Shown here one piece after another: positions 35,767-44,916 of a stretch of 55,236 bases of DNA. The stretch is taken from IMG/VR virus record IMGVR_UViG_3300014658_000002, positions 1 to 55,236 of that record, one strand, 5' to 3'. A program made the position numbers and the translations under genes. The DNA comes from a virus (Duplodnaviria; Caudoviricetes). Every line of letters begins with the position of its first letter. Within the stretch, counting starts at the first letter, position 1. The notes below the pieces were generated by a model. That model ran no database searches and had not been told where the DNA came from. It was given only the letters and a program-made list of their open reading frames with translations.

Positions 35767-37283
35767 GCGGTTTCTTCAGTCGGTTGTTCTGCTTTCTGTT
35801 GTTGCCGCCACTTCTTAGCTGATTCAGCGATAAACTCCCTGACGGCCTTGCGTGGAGTCATCGGTACCGCGTCCAACTTCCTCGGCCATACACCGAATCG
35901 CTCCTTGAACTTGTTTGCCGCCCATCCAGGCTTGAACCCCCGGCGCTGCCCGAAGTCTATCAGGCCGGAATAGAACGCCTGCTCCTCGCTTCGTTCAAGG
36001 CGCTTCTTTTTCTCTCCACCGATCCTCACCAGCTCTGCATTGATCTCCCGAGGTGACTTGCCTTTGTGGAGCTTCGTAAAGCAAAATGGGCACACATCAG
36101 CGCTAGGGGAAACGAGCAGATTACAGTGCGGGCACTTGTGGGGTTTTGGTGGGTTGCCAGAAAGTGGCTGGCCCTTTTCTTTTGGATCGTGCATATCCAG
36201 GGTGTTGTGGTGAATGTCAGTGAACATGCCTAACTCTTCGGCGGTCCCGGCATGATCCAGCAAGAGGCATGAATCTTTGTCGTCTGCCAGCCGAATTCCC
36301 CGGCCTCCGTCCTGTACCCATTTCATTTCCGATTTGGTTAGCCTCAGATAAATGATGCAGCGCACATCCTCATCTACCCCGATTCCCATTGTGTCGATCG
36401 ATGCAATAATCTCATGTTCTCCGCTCCGATACTTCCGCAAAACGGCTTCCCGCTCTTCGGCGTCCATGGTCCCGTCGATGTAACCGCAGGATACGCCAGC
36501 ATCTTCGAACTCCTGCTGCATCTTCTTCGCGTGGTTTCGATTCACGCAGAACATGAACGTCTTATCTTTGCCCCATTTCTCCTGCCATGTCTTGACCACG
36601 TTGCCCACGATCTTTTGTGTGGTCATGGCCTTCTCAGCTTCGCCCTCGACGTACTCTCCATCGAAGTTTGTATGGACCTCGGAAACATCGGGCATGAAGT
36701 CATCAGGAACCCCATAACCGATAACCGGAGTAAGCCATCCCTCGTTAATCATCTCGTTCGTCGTTGCCAGAACAATCAGTTTGGTCCAGCGAAGTCCCAT
36801 TCCTTTCGTCCAAGGAGTGGCCGACATGCCGATGACGATCTTGTCTTTCCAGCCGTCGCTATCGAGGATCTTGTTGAGAGACTTAAGCTGGAGATGCACT
36901 TCGTCAATGATGGCAAAATCCACTTCAGGCAGGGGGCGCCTCACAAGTGTATGGATACTTGCGACCTGCACCGTTGCCCAAAAGTCAGTGCGCTCATGAT
37001 TTCCTTGAATCACGCCAATGTCGCAAATGCCCTGTGCCTCGAATCGCTTGATAGTCTGGCCGATCAAAGACAAGCGAGGAACGCAGAACATCGGACGATT
37101 CCCTTTGTCGAGGGCTCCCGCGATGATGTGACTGGCAATGATGGTCTTGCCGCTGCCCGTAGGAGCTTGCAGGACAATGCGCTTGTGCCCTTCCCGGATA
37201 GCCTCGCGAACGGCTGCGATGGCTGTTTCCTGCCGTGGGCGAAGTGGTTTCAAGTTTAGTTTCTCAGCAAACAGTGAGGACAT
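35763..37283 (-). CDS. SF2 DExH helicase with C-terminal zinc finger (RadD/UvsW-like)
   Basis: LRPRQ, APTGSGKT, DEVH, SAT, Q.GGRGIR, CPHC...CPFC. Confidence 0.93.
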   Translation of the reverse strand: MSSLFAEKLNLKPLRPRQETAIAAVREAIREGHKRIVLQAPTGSGKTIIASHIIAGALDKGNRPMFCVPRLSLIGQTIKRFEAQGICDIGVIQGNHERTDFWATVQVASIHTLVRRPLPEVDFAIIDEVHLQLKSLNKILDSDGWKDKIVIGMSATPWTKGMGLRWTKLIVLATTNEMINEGWLTPVIGYGVPDDFMPDVSEVHTNFDGEYVEGEAEKAMTTQKIVGNVVKTWQEKWGKDKTFMFCVNRNHAKKMQQEFEDAGVSCGYIDGTMDAEEREAVLRKYRSGEHEIIASIDTMGIGVDEDVRCIIYLRLTKSEMKWVQDGGRGIRLADDKDSCLLLDHAGTAEELGMFTDIHHNTLDMHDPKEKGQPLSGNPPKPHKCPHCNLLVSPSADVCPFCFTKLHKGKSPREINAELVRIGGEKKKRLERSEEQAFYSGLIDFGQRRGFKPGWAANKFKERFGVWPRKLDAVPMTPRKAVREFIAESAKKWRQQQKAEQPTEETA

Positions 37284-38104
37284 TATCCAACCTTGGTAAA
37301 GGGATAGAGTTCAGGGTGATTCTTCACCACCTTGGTGAAGTAGTTGTTGGGCCACGGAACTTTCCGTAGCGTCACAAAAATGTTCTCCGGTACGTTGGCG
37401 TAGTGATACAGACCGTACTTGAAGCGGATGGCCAGAGTTCCGTCCGACCATCCGCAAGCAATCATGTTCTGGTCCGTCACTCCGTAGAGCTTGATTCCTG
37501 AGACATTTCCGATTTCGTTTCGTCGAACTGCTTCCTGTTGAACAGGATCAAGCACGCGTTCAGTTCTCCGAACATCAGTGCCGCCAACACGTTTCCCGCT
37601 ATCCCCATCGTGATCTGGCTTCCCGCCTTGACTGCCTTCATGTTGAGAAGGTCTGTTCCCATCCGAATGTCCATGCCTTGCTTCGACATTTGCTTCAGAA
37701 CGTCGAAATTGTTGATCTCCACCCTTCTCCTCCTGATTTAGTGCAATCTTGCACCGATGTATGACGGTGGGCCAATCATTTCCCATCATCGGGTTAAGTG
37801 TTATCCATGCTCCTGAAGGCGTCTCGTAGCGCTCTACGGCCCTTTGGCAGCGTGGGCATGTGATCCGGTCAAGGAAAGTGTACCCGGTCTTCAAGAGACC
37901 ATCCTTGCTGGCTGGGAGCGGCTTGCAGACGGAGAAGTGTCTCACCGCAGGGCGCAGAGCATCGCACATGGGCTGCATGATGATCTCTCGCTTGCCGGGC
38001 GTTGAAAATACCTCGACACCTTCCCCGCAATCCGGGCAGACTTCCGAACGCAGGAAGGCGTACCCGGAGGCGAGAAGACTTTCGAGATTGGAAGGGAATG
38101 GCAT
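37283..38104 (-). CDS. Tandem Zn-ribbon plus C-terminal KTSC-like domain protein
   Basis: Two GY.FL....CP.C...VE...TP repeats; C-terminal MIACGW..GTLAIRFK.GLYHYANVP...YF. Confidence 0.7.
   Translation of the reverse strand: MPFPSNLESLLASGYAFLRSEVCPDCGEGVEVFSTPGKREIIMQPMCDALRPAVRHFSVCKPLPASKDGLLKTGYTFLDRITCPRCQRAVERYETPSGAWITLNPMMGNDWPTVIHRCKIALNQEEKGGDQQFRRSEANVEARHGHSDGNRPSQHEGSQGGKPDHDGDSGKRVGGTDVRRTERVLDPVQQEAVRRNEIGNVSGIKLYGVTDQNMIACGWSDGTLAIRFKYGLYHYANVPENIFVTLRKVPWPNNYFTKVVKNHPELYPFTKVG
37477..37722 (-). CDS. Nested alternative-frame protein (81 aa)
   Basis: AGGAGGAG RBS before GTG; globular-looking sequence where the host frame looks shadow-like. Confidence 0.55.
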   Translation of the reverse strand: MEINNFDVLKQMSKQGMDIRMGTDLLNMKAVKAGSQITMGIAGNVLAALMFGELNACLILFNRKQFDETKSEMSQESSSTE

Positions 38105-38106
38105 AC

Positions 38107-38568
38107 CTACCTCTTGATCGGACGCTTAACCTTTCCCTCGGAAAATTCAATGACTTCCACAGGTACGGGACGGTTTGTTTGACCGCTGATCTGGAGCTGA
38201 ACCTTCACTGTGCGGAGAATCTCACGAGCCTGTGATGCTACAGCATCAGCATGACCCGGAAGCATTCTCTTTCCCTTCACTTGGTTTAAAGTCGTCCACA
38301 GTGCATCTTTCAGGTTAGAAGCTGTCAAAATTGAATTCGATGTTGCCACGCCTGCTCCTCCTTCGTTGCTGGTTGATTGGATTCCACCCATGTCTGCCTG
38401 ATTGAGCATATCTCTCAAATCGATCAGGCATCTGTTTGCGAATCTCTCGCTGGAGAGCGATGAGAGCTTGATGGGCCTCAGCGAAGGGTCCAAACTTAGA
38501 AGACCGTCTTTGCTTGTCGTATTCTCGCTTCCACGCCTTGTACCAAGGCTGCCGACAATACTGGACAT
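38107..38568 (-). CDS. Hypothetical protein (true start probably near 38350)
   Basis: C-terminal helical segment LKDALW...AVASQAREILRTVKVQL. Confidence 0.55.
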   Translation of the reverse strand: MSSIVGSLGTRRGSENTTSKDGLLSLDPSLRPIKLSSLSSERFANRCLIDLRDMLNQADMGGIQSTSNEGGAGVATSNSILTASNLKDALWTTLNQVKGKRMLPGHADAVASQAREILRTVKVQLQISGQTNRPVPVEVIEFSEGKVKRPIKR

Positions 38569-38716
38569 GCTGAGGCATTTTCTTCTTGCGCTCTTTCGCT
38601 GCTTTTATCGGATCATAGGTTTTTTGGAAATAGGCTGCCTTCTTGGCCTTAAGTAACGCACGGTTCTTCTTGCGATACTCGCGGTCATAGGCTACCTTCT
38701 TTTCCTTTTTTGTCAT
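38315..38716 (-). CDS. Basic hypothetical protein
   Basis: GGAGGAG RBS; K/R/Y-rich. Confidence 0.65.
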   Translation of the reverse strand: MTKKEKKVAYDREYRKKNRALLKAKKAAYFQKTYDPIKAAKERKKKMPQHVQYCRQPWYKAWKREYDKQRRSSKFGPFAEAHQALIALQREIRKQMPDRFERYAQSGRHGWNPINQQRRRSRRGNIEFNFDSF

Positions 38717-38718
38717 AT

Positions 38719-38919
38719 CTACTCCTCCGGTGGCCAGCCGAGCGCCTTTAGTGCTGCGTCCAGTTCGTCAATTTCCTTGCCTGTTTTGGAGTGAGCCTCA
38801 ACCGCTTTTTCACGTTGTGCGATCAAATGCCTTTGTGCAATGGCTACATGCCGGGGTTGTTTGGCGGGTTTGCCGGGTTGTTCATCAAGCGCTTCGGTAG
38901 GTGCTGCGGAATTTCTCAT
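38719..38919 (-). CDS. Small hypothetical protein
   Basis: AAGGAG RBS, coupled. Confidence 0.6.
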   Translation of the reverse strand: MRNSAAPTEALDEQPGKPAKQPRHVAIAQRHLIAQREKAVEAHSKTGKEIDELDAALKALGWPPEE

Positions 38920-39221
38920 TCTTCTCCTTCGTTCGGTATCTGATGCAGATGGAAACAGAAATTATGGATGTTCACGTATTCAGTGGTCGGTGGAAGGATC
39001 ATTGCCATCGTCACATCGTGCGGACAGAAGTCGTACCGAGCCTGCTTGATTTCTTCCCACGTTGGATTGCGGTTTGGGTGGCTGATACTCAGGTGCCACC
39101 CGGCAGGTTCGAGCCCCACAAACACCCGGCAATCACCCCATTGGTACCAGTTGCATAGCGGATTACCGGGCATCGGTCCTTGAAGTTTCCAGTTCGCTTT
39201 CGGTTGGAAGATGTGAGTCAT
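38916..39221 (-). CDS. Conserved phage protein
   Basis: GWHLSISHP.R.PTWEE.K..R..F......MILPP..EYVN.H..CFHL motif. Confidence 0.75.
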   Translation of the reverse strand: MTHIFQPKANWKLQGPMPGNPLCNWYQWGDCRVFVGLEPAGWHLSISHPNRNPTWEEIKQARYDFCPHDVTMAMILPPTTEYVNIHNFCFHLHQIPNEGEE

Positions 39222-39222
39222 G

Positions 39223-40569
39223 TCAATACTCGATTCGAATGTGGGGGATAAGCCCCTTGGAGATAGCCTCGACTACCTTACGCGACTGGATAACAGTAAG
39301 CTCGCAGTTGTCAAACAGGCCAACTTGGGCCTCTTGCATCGCGCGCTCTCGATTGTCCGGTGCGAGTATGGTTTGGGTTGGTTCGCCCGTCATCTCTGCA
39401 ATACTGGCTGCGCTTGGGAAGTTGAAACCAGAAATAACTTCCTCCCGAATGGCAGCTTTGACATCTTCAACCTTCTTCGCAGCAAGTGCTTCAGCGGCAG
39501 CAGCGATTCGTGCATCCTCTTGGCGCTTCGCTTCGGCCTTCCGGTCGGCTTCGTCCCGTTCCGCTTTCTCGGCCCGTAACTTCTCCAACTCTGCCTGTGC
39601 GGACTCGTATTCTTCCCGCGCGGAGATAGCCCCTTTGATTTGCTTGATGGATTCCTCGCGATACTTCGCTGGCAGTTCTCCGAGTTCCGGCCATTCCCGC
39701 GTATCAAGCTCGATCTCCTTCAGTCGGTCGCGCATTGCGTCAAGGGAGAGGGTCATCCAGTTTGCTTGAGTATAGGTGCCAAAGTCTTGGATTTCCTTCA
39801 GCGCCTCATTCCTTGCTTCAATCCGCGCATTTTCTGCCGCATCATATGCCTTCAAAGGTGCAAGAACTTCATCTTCGATTCCACCCACCAGCATCACCAA
39901 GCGACGCTTCTCCGCGTCGATGGCTGCAATCTTCCGCTTGGTTGCTCCTGTCAGCTCCTTAGCCCGTGCTTCAATGCCGGTGCGGAGCTTCTGGAGTGGC
40001 CGCGCGAACCGTTTCAGTTCGGTACGGCTCTTTTCTGTGGTGATGTCGTACTTCTTTGCTTCGGTGAGGTACCAATCCCGTCCTGCCGCAATCTGTTCGT
40101 CGGTAACCGCGCCAGGAGTGAAGAGTAGATCGTCGGCCATCGTATCGATGACGGAAAGAGAGGTGCTTGAGCTATTCGTTCCATTCACTGCATCCCCATC
40201 CAAGTCCAAAGATGGCTGCTGCTTCTCCTTCTTCGTCGGCATCCCGCTCGTCTCTCTCGTCACGCTTGCGACGGCGGGATCGGTAGGGCGTCCCTTCATG
40301 TCATCTGCATACGCCGTCAGATCAACGTCATCCGGAATTATGCGCGTGTACGGGTATAGGTCCGCTCTGCTCTTGATGTTCTTCCCAAAATACGATCCGA
40401 TAGACTCTGCGGTTATCAGAGCCCGATGAACACGAGCCGGTACATTGGCATAGTGATATTCCGATGCCGCGCTACGCTTGCCTGCGGGAAACTTGATGCC
40501 TAGGGTTTCCGTCTCGGCATCATACCCAACCTCTGCAATTTGCGATGATTCAACCTTCGTGTAGTTCAC
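39223..40569 (-). CDS. KTSC domain fused to a long coiled-coil (DUF1351-like)
   Basis: VESSQIAEVGYD...LGIKF...YHYANVP......L..AESIGSYF...IK is KTSC; C-terminus ...I.KGLIPHIRIEY. Confidence 0.85.
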   Translation of the reverse strand: MNYTKVESSQIAEVGYDAETETLGIKFPAGKRSAASEYHYANVPARVHRALITAESIGSYFGKNIKSRADLYPYTRIIPDDVDLTAYADDMKGRPTDPAVASVTRETSGMPTKKEKQQPSLDLDGDAVNGTNSSSTSLSVIDTMADDLLFTPGAVTDEQIAAGRDWYLTEAKKYDITTEKSRTELKRFARPLQKLRTGIEARAKELTGATKRKIAAIDAEKRRLVMLVGGIEDEVLAPLKAYDAAENARIEARNEALKEIQDFGTYTQANWMTLSLDAMRDRLKEIELDTREWPELGELPAKYREESIKQIKGAISAREEYESAQAELEKLRAEKAERDEADRKAEAKRQEDARIAAAAEALAAKKVEDVKAAIREEVISGFNFPSAASIAEMTGEPTQTILAPDNRERAMQEAQVGLFDNCELTVIQSRKVVEAISKGLIPHIRIEY

Positions 40570-40841
40570 GCTTCAACTCCTGTCGGGTACGGTGAAGGGT
40601 GCTCTTCTTCGGAAGACGGCTTGGGAAGGTATTCATCCGCCAGCGCAGCCTCCAGCGTCTTGCCGGAGATCACGGCAATGGCCACCTTACGGCATTTTTC
40701 CTCGCGCTCGTAGGAAGGGTGAAAAGCATTCCTACACATAGAAGCGTGCAGCACTTGCGTCAAGCTCTCCAAATGTCTGACCTCTGTTTCGGAAAGTGCA
40801 ACGCCTTCTTCGATTGTTCCGTCTTTCTTGAGAAATTTCAC
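40566..40841 (-). CDS. Hypothetical protein
   Basis: Coupled ORF. Confidence 0.6.
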   Translation of the reverse strand: MKFLKKDGTIEEGVALSETEVRHLESLTQVLHASMCRNAFHPSYEREEKCRKVAIAVISGKTLEAALADEYLPKPSSEEEHPSPYPTGVEA

Positions 40842-41875
40842 TGTCCATCCCTTTCTGCGATTACTTCGCCTGTGGCTGTATCGACACTCGGTTTGCCGTC
40901 AACGTAGGGGACTCCATCCACATAGAGGCAATCTTCGATGTTGATGTAGTGTTTGCCATTAGAGTCCTTCTCTGCGATCTGGAAGTGGCACTCCAAACCT
41001 ACCGCATCCCTAATGGCATCGAATAGGCCGGTATCAAAGCAACTTGCCTCATCCACGCCGTTGTGCTGGCCGAGGAAGGTAACAATCAGCCGAGGTCGTA
41101 CCGCCTTCATCGCGGGAACATCCCCGTTAGCCGGTTTGGCGGGAAGACCTTGAATTTCCCTCACGCGCTTGACGACTGCCGTCAAACCGTTTGGAGGGAC
41201 GAATTTCAATACCCCTGCTTGGGGCTGTGCGCCCTCCTGCGGGCTCGCTGCACGTTGGGTGGCCTGTTGGGCTGACTGCTGCGTACTGGTCGCCCTAGGG
41301 GCGTTTTCGGGATGCGATATTGCACTAGCTCTCTGCTGAGCCGATGCCCTCGCGTCTGCTTGGCGCTTCTGGCGCGACGGCAAGTCGCCTTTTTCCTCGG
41401 TCGAGTCGATCATCTCTTCCGAATCGGGAATGCCAACAATAGCTTTGTAGGCGTACTTCTGCGCGTAAGTCTGCGATCCGCCAATGGTCTGCTGATTGAA
41501 TACCGGTGTACCACCTTTACCGAGCGCCAACTCCGCAGGAAGCTCAAGCGCGTTCTGCATCCACTCGCCCGAATCCCAGTGAACCAATCGGGAATGGATG
41601 GTGATCGTCTTGGTAGCTAGATCAGTGACCGGGAATTGTGAAACGGTTAGATGAAACTTGTGGAGCGACGGCCTCACTGCGTCAATGATGACAACCAGCG
41701 GGGTGTACTTGTATCCGCCGTAGTTGTTCACTTCGCCTTTTACAGCGGGAATGAACTCAATCTGTGCGTCGCCGAGAGATTTGTTGAGGTTCTTGAGCGC
41801 ATAGTCAGAAGCGATTGTTCCTTCTGCTAGCGTAACAAAACCGGGAGATTTTGCGACTTCTACTTCGTCTGCCAT
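40838..41875 (-). CDS. erf: ERF-family single-strand annealing protein
   Basis: N.YGGYKY..L..II.AVRP.L....L...Q...H.SGEWM...Q..GGS.TYA.KY. Confidence 0.85.
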   Translation of the reverse strand: MADEVEVAKSPGFVTLAEGTIASDYALKNLNKSLGDAQIEFIPAVKGEVNNYGGYKYTPLVVIIDAVRPSLHKFHLTVSQFPVTDLATKTITIHSRLVHWDSGEWMQNALELPAELALGKGGTPVFNQQTIGGSQTYAQKYAYKAIVGIPDSEEMIDSTEEKGDLPSRQKRQADARASAQQRASAISHPENAPRATSTQQSAQQATQRAASPQEGAQPQAGVLKFVPPNGLTAVVKRVREIQGLPAKPANGDVPAMKAVRPRLIVTFLGQHNGVDEASCFDTGLFDAIRDAVGLECHFQIAEKDSNGKHYINIEDCLYVDGVPYVDGKPSVDTATGEVIAERDGQ

Positions 41876-41975
41876 GCTTCTCCTTCACTTCGATGCTGAA
41901 TTCCCGCCGTTGCCTCTTCGGTAGTGCGCACATTCCAGGGTGCCTCGTTACGGGGTGTGGACGGCGGGAAACTTG

Positions 41976-42323
41976 CTAGAACTCGCCGAGCGCCGCTTCT
42001 TCTTCCAAAGAAAGAATTGGCGTGCATTCGTAACGCGCCGGTCGCGCCGGTTCTACCAGCGTGCAAATCTTCGACTTCTTGATAGCCGCATAGACTCCAA
42101 GCGCTTCACTTTCATGGGTGAGCGTGTACTCATCGTGCTCGTAACCGTCGCCCTTTTTGATCGGGCGCGGGAACACCTTGGCGAGAGACAGGAAACTCTC
42201 TTTTGTTCCTTGGTACGAGTGAAAAAAAGAAAGATTCGGCTTGACGATTTTGACGTCTGGGGTTTTGTCGAGCAAATCGGCGATCCTGCGAAGTTCTGCT
42301 GCTACTGCTGCGGTGGTGGTCAT
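41976..42323 (-). CDS. Hypothetical protein, first gene of the recombination/replication operon
   Basis: AGAGAGGGAAACG RBS before MTTTAAVAAELRRIADLL. Confidence 0.7.
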   Translation of the reverse strand: MTTTAAVAAELRRIADLLDKTPDVKIVKPNLSFFHSYQGTKESFLSLAKVFPRPIKKGDGYEHDEYTLTHESEALGVYAAIKKSKICTLVEPARPARYECTPILSLEEEAALGEF

Positions 42324-42398
42324 ATCGTTTCCCTCTCTTTTATGGAAGGTACGCCAATCTTCGTATAATTGCAACAACTATTTTAAAATATTTTCTGC

Positions 42399-42427
42399 TT
42401 GCCTTTTACCACATATCCGCATATATT
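42399..42427 (+). promoter_or_regulatory. Promoter giving a leaderless mRNA for the HTH gene
   Basis: TTGCCT-N17-TATATT, ATG 6 nt downstream; AT-rich divergent region. Confidence 0.6.
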
Positions 42428-42433
42428 CGTTGC

Positions 42434-42676
42434 ATGAAGAGGCGTAGGAGTTTAACCAAACGTGAGCAAGTCGAAACGCTGACACACTACATGCAGCGCA
42501 AACATCTGTCGCAGGTTGAATTTGCGGCATGGCTGGAGTCTCGCGGCATTCTTGTCAGCACACAGTATCTTAACGACGTAATCAACAGTCGCCGGGCGGC
42601 AGGCCCGAAATTCAAGGAAGTATTCAAGGAGATCACTGGCATCATTTTGGTGGATGGGCTGGTGGAGGAAAAGTAA
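42434..42676 (+). CDS. Cro/CI-type HTH regulator
   Basis: LSQVEFA.WL...VSTQYLNDVINSRRAAG; divergent from the recombination operon. Confidence 0.75.
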   Translation: MKRRRSLTKREQVETLTHYMQRKHLSQVEFAAWLESRGILVSTQYLNDVINSRRAAGPKFKEVFKEITGIILVDGLVEEK

Positions 42677-42699
42677 GGGCCACCGGGTTAAGGTGGCCC
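42677..42699. terminator. Hairpin between convergent HTH and lysozyme genes
   Basis: GGGCCACC-N7-GGTGGCCC. Confidence 0.65.
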
Positions 42700-42722
42700 G
42701 CTCTGGCGTTCCGTCTCCTTTC

Positions 42723-43136
42723 CTATGAAGTAAATAACGTAACCTCTGCGGCACGCCGAGATACCATTCCCGGCAAGACCTGACCGCCAGCATGAACCCA
42801 CCGGGGCAATTGAGCCGGAATCTGGTTAACCCCGTGCGCCAGCAGTTGAATCAGGGCTCCCACACCACACTCGAAGGTGAAGTCTGCTACGGCATCCCAC
42901 TGGTTTTGATTAAGGTCCAGAGCCAGGCTCTGCTTGTTCATTGCGGCGTCCACCTTGGCAAGGTCCGATACGAGAATATCCCGAGCCTGGTCTTCCGTAA
43001 TTCCGTTGGGAAAGCTCTCGCCCGGTAGCAGGTCGTGCCCATAGCCAATCATTTCATGCCCCTCGTCGTTCTTAACGGTCAGGGTCAGTCCCTCGTTCCC
43101 TGCGATAAAGTCGATTCCCGTGGGTGAAGTTTGCAT
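42723..43136 (-). CDS. Endolysin, GH24 phage lysozyme
   Basis: GIDFI..NEG......D......IGYGH...LNQNQWDA..DF.F..G...W...G..LPG...RR.AE..LF. Confidence 0.92.
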   Translation of the reverse strand: MQTSPTGIDFIAGNEGLTLTVKNDEGHEMIGYGHDLLPGESFPNGITEDQARDILVSDLAKVDAAMNKQSLALDLNQNQWDAVADFTFECGVGALIQLLAHGVNQIPAQLPRWVHAGGQVLPGMVSRRAAEVTLFTS

Positions 43137-43144
43137 CTGTCCTC

Positions 43145-43327
43145 CTAAATCAGTTGTAATTCCGCCATACGCTCATTCATCCGCTCGGATTCTACCAGTT
43201 TCTTCGCGCGATCTACATCCTCATGCAATGGCTCCAACATCTCTGCGGTCATTCCCATACTGAGCGCTTCAACCAAATCATAGAACGCTGCGCCCAGCCT
43301 CTGCTCTGCTTCTTGAAGGGGGTTCAT
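43145..43327 (-). CDS. Small hypothetical protein
   Basis: GAGGAG RBS. Confidence 0.6.
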   Translation of the reverse strand: MNPLQEAEQRLGAAFYDLVEALSMGMTAEMLEPLHEDVDRAKKLVESERMNERMAELQLI

Positions 43328-43336
43328 GTGGTCTCC

Positions 43337-44020
43337 TCATGGAGTATGGCGTGCAATGGCCGCGCCGATGTCGATCAGGTCAGCGCCCTTTTTGATGGGT
43401 TGCTGCCACCATGGAACAGGGCGCAAGTAGTCGGCCCGCGCCTTGTCTGTAATTTGCTGAAAGTCTCCGAAGATTGCGTTTCCATGTCCAGTGATGCCGG
43501 TCAGATTGTCCAGCAGGTCAGTTACAGCCTTTCGTTTGAGAAGGGCGTCCAGATCATCCCCAGACCGCGTATAAGAAGCGAAGAGCGGTTGCGCCGCTGC
43601 GATGGTCCGGTTGGCCGTCTGCGCGTCTGCTGTGAGCGCCACGGTCAGCCCTGTGGCCGCATCTGTGGTTCTATGCAGGGCATCTACTTCCCCGTTGACG
43701 TGGAGGGCGACTGAGTTGAGATTCGCGGTCGTGGAGTCTACCAGTTGGCCGGAGTGGAGAGCTTGCACCTGGAGCACCGTGGCTACGTCACCTATCCGCG
43801 TGGTCAGCTTGCTCAGATTCTCGATGGGACCGCATGGGCCTGGTGCGCAGGGATGATTGATGAGGGTGAGCGTGTCATTCATACGCTGTGTCGTTGCGGC
43901 CAAATTCACTACGTCTGTGTTGGCGTTCTGGAGGAGCTTGTGCGCATCCCATAACACCAGCGCCATCCCCACGCTCAGGACGAGCAGGAAGATGGCGAGA
44001 GTGATGTGAACGAATCGCAT
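43337..44020 (-). CDS. Membrane-anchored coiled-coil protein (spanin-like candidate)
   Basis: N-terminal TM followed by a long helical region, in the lysis block. Confidence 0.5.
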   Translation of the reverse strand: MRFVHITLAIFLLVLSVGMALVLWDAHKLLQNANTDVVNLAATTQRMNDTLTLINHPCAPGPCGPIENLSKLTTRIGDVATVLQVQALHSGQLVDSTTANLNSVALHVNGEVDALHRTTDAATGLTVALTADAQTANRTIAAAQPLFASYTRSGDDLDALLKRKAVTDLLDNLTGITGHGNAIFGDFQQITDKARADYLRPVPWWQQPIKKGADLIDIGAAIARHTP

Positions 44021-44023
44021 AGG

Positions 44024-44061
44024 AAAAAGTGGGGGCCTCCGTTTCCCGCGCAGACCCCCAT
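44024..44061 (-). terminator. Rho-independent terminator
   Basis: Minus strand TGGGGGTC...GGCCCCCA followed by CT5. Confidence 0.65.
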
Positions 44062-44071
44062 GCGGAAAAGG

Positions 44072-44515
44072 TTAGGCTTGCGGAGCGGCCGGCGTAGGAA
44101 CGCTGGCGACGGGCTTCGGCAACGAGTTCAGCAATGCCGTCAGTTCGTTCAGCACCAGTTTCACGTTTGTCACGCTCGAAGCATCCTTGATGCCACCGGC
44201 AGACAGCAGGTCGGTCAAGTCGCTTTGCACGCCAGAAATAACGTTGGTCAAGGTCGGGGTAACGCCGATGGCGGTAATCAGGCCTTGTGCGGCAACAAGC
44301 TTCTGCTCCACGGTGTTCAAGACGACGGTAGCGGCGGCTCCAGCAGCGGCACCGGCTTCAATGGTGATAGCTGTCTCAACCAGAGGCGCAGCGAACTGGA
44401 GAACAGTAGAGGCGGTTGCAGCGATGGTGGGAGCCTTGCCCCAGAGTTTTGCGAGTTCCTGCTCAAACTTGCTGGCGAAAGACTCAATATCGGTGATGAA
44501 TCCAGCGAACGACAT
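44072..44515 (-). CDS. Ala-rich amphipathic protein in the lysis block
   Basis: AAGGAG RBS before MSFAGFITD. Confidence 0.7.
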   Translation of the reverse strand: MSFAGFITDIESFASKFEQELAKLWGKAPTIAATASTVLQFAAPLVETAITIEAGAAAGAAATVVLNTVEQKLVAAQGLITAIGVTPTLTNVISGVQSDLTDLLSAGGIKDASSVTNVKLVLNELTALLNSLPKPVASVPTPAAPQA

Positions 44516-44528
44516 GGAAATCTCCTTC

Positions 44529-44741
44529 TTATTTGGTTGAGTCACCTGGAAAGGTGGCATTGTGGCTTGTGGCGCTGGCGTGGCCGGCAAAGGCTCCGAG
44601 GGCACCGCTGACAAGATTGCTTGCGATTGCGAGGACCGCGGTGCCAACAGACACTGGATCAGGGTGGAAAAGAACGGCCAATGCAACGATCACCCCCATG
44701 AATGCCAGTAGAATTGCCCAGAATGGCTCAGGTAACTTCAT
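44529..44741 (-). CDS. Holin-like two-TM protein
   Basis: 70 aa with two hydrophobic segments, near the endolysin. Confidence 0.55.
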   Translation of the reverse strand: MKLPEPFWAILLAFMGVIVALAVLFHPDPVSVGTAVLAIASNLVSGALGAFAGHASATSHNATFPGDSTK

Positions 44742-44916
44742 TGCGCCTCTTTTGCCGTCAGTTTACGCCACTTTCTGACAGTTTGCAGTTAATCTTTCGT
44801 AATCAGGTCATCGCGCTGCGGACCTTTGGGCGCGGCCTTGTCGCAGGGAATCTGCGGCGGCGGCGGTGGTTGTCCAGGCTTGGGCAGTGGATTGGTGGGG
44901 TTGGGATTCGTTGCGC

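Noticed and set aside
36414-37259. Long plus-strand ORFs opposite helicase, scaffold, terminase and other genes
   Set aside because: Antisense shadows expected from GC3-rich codon usage
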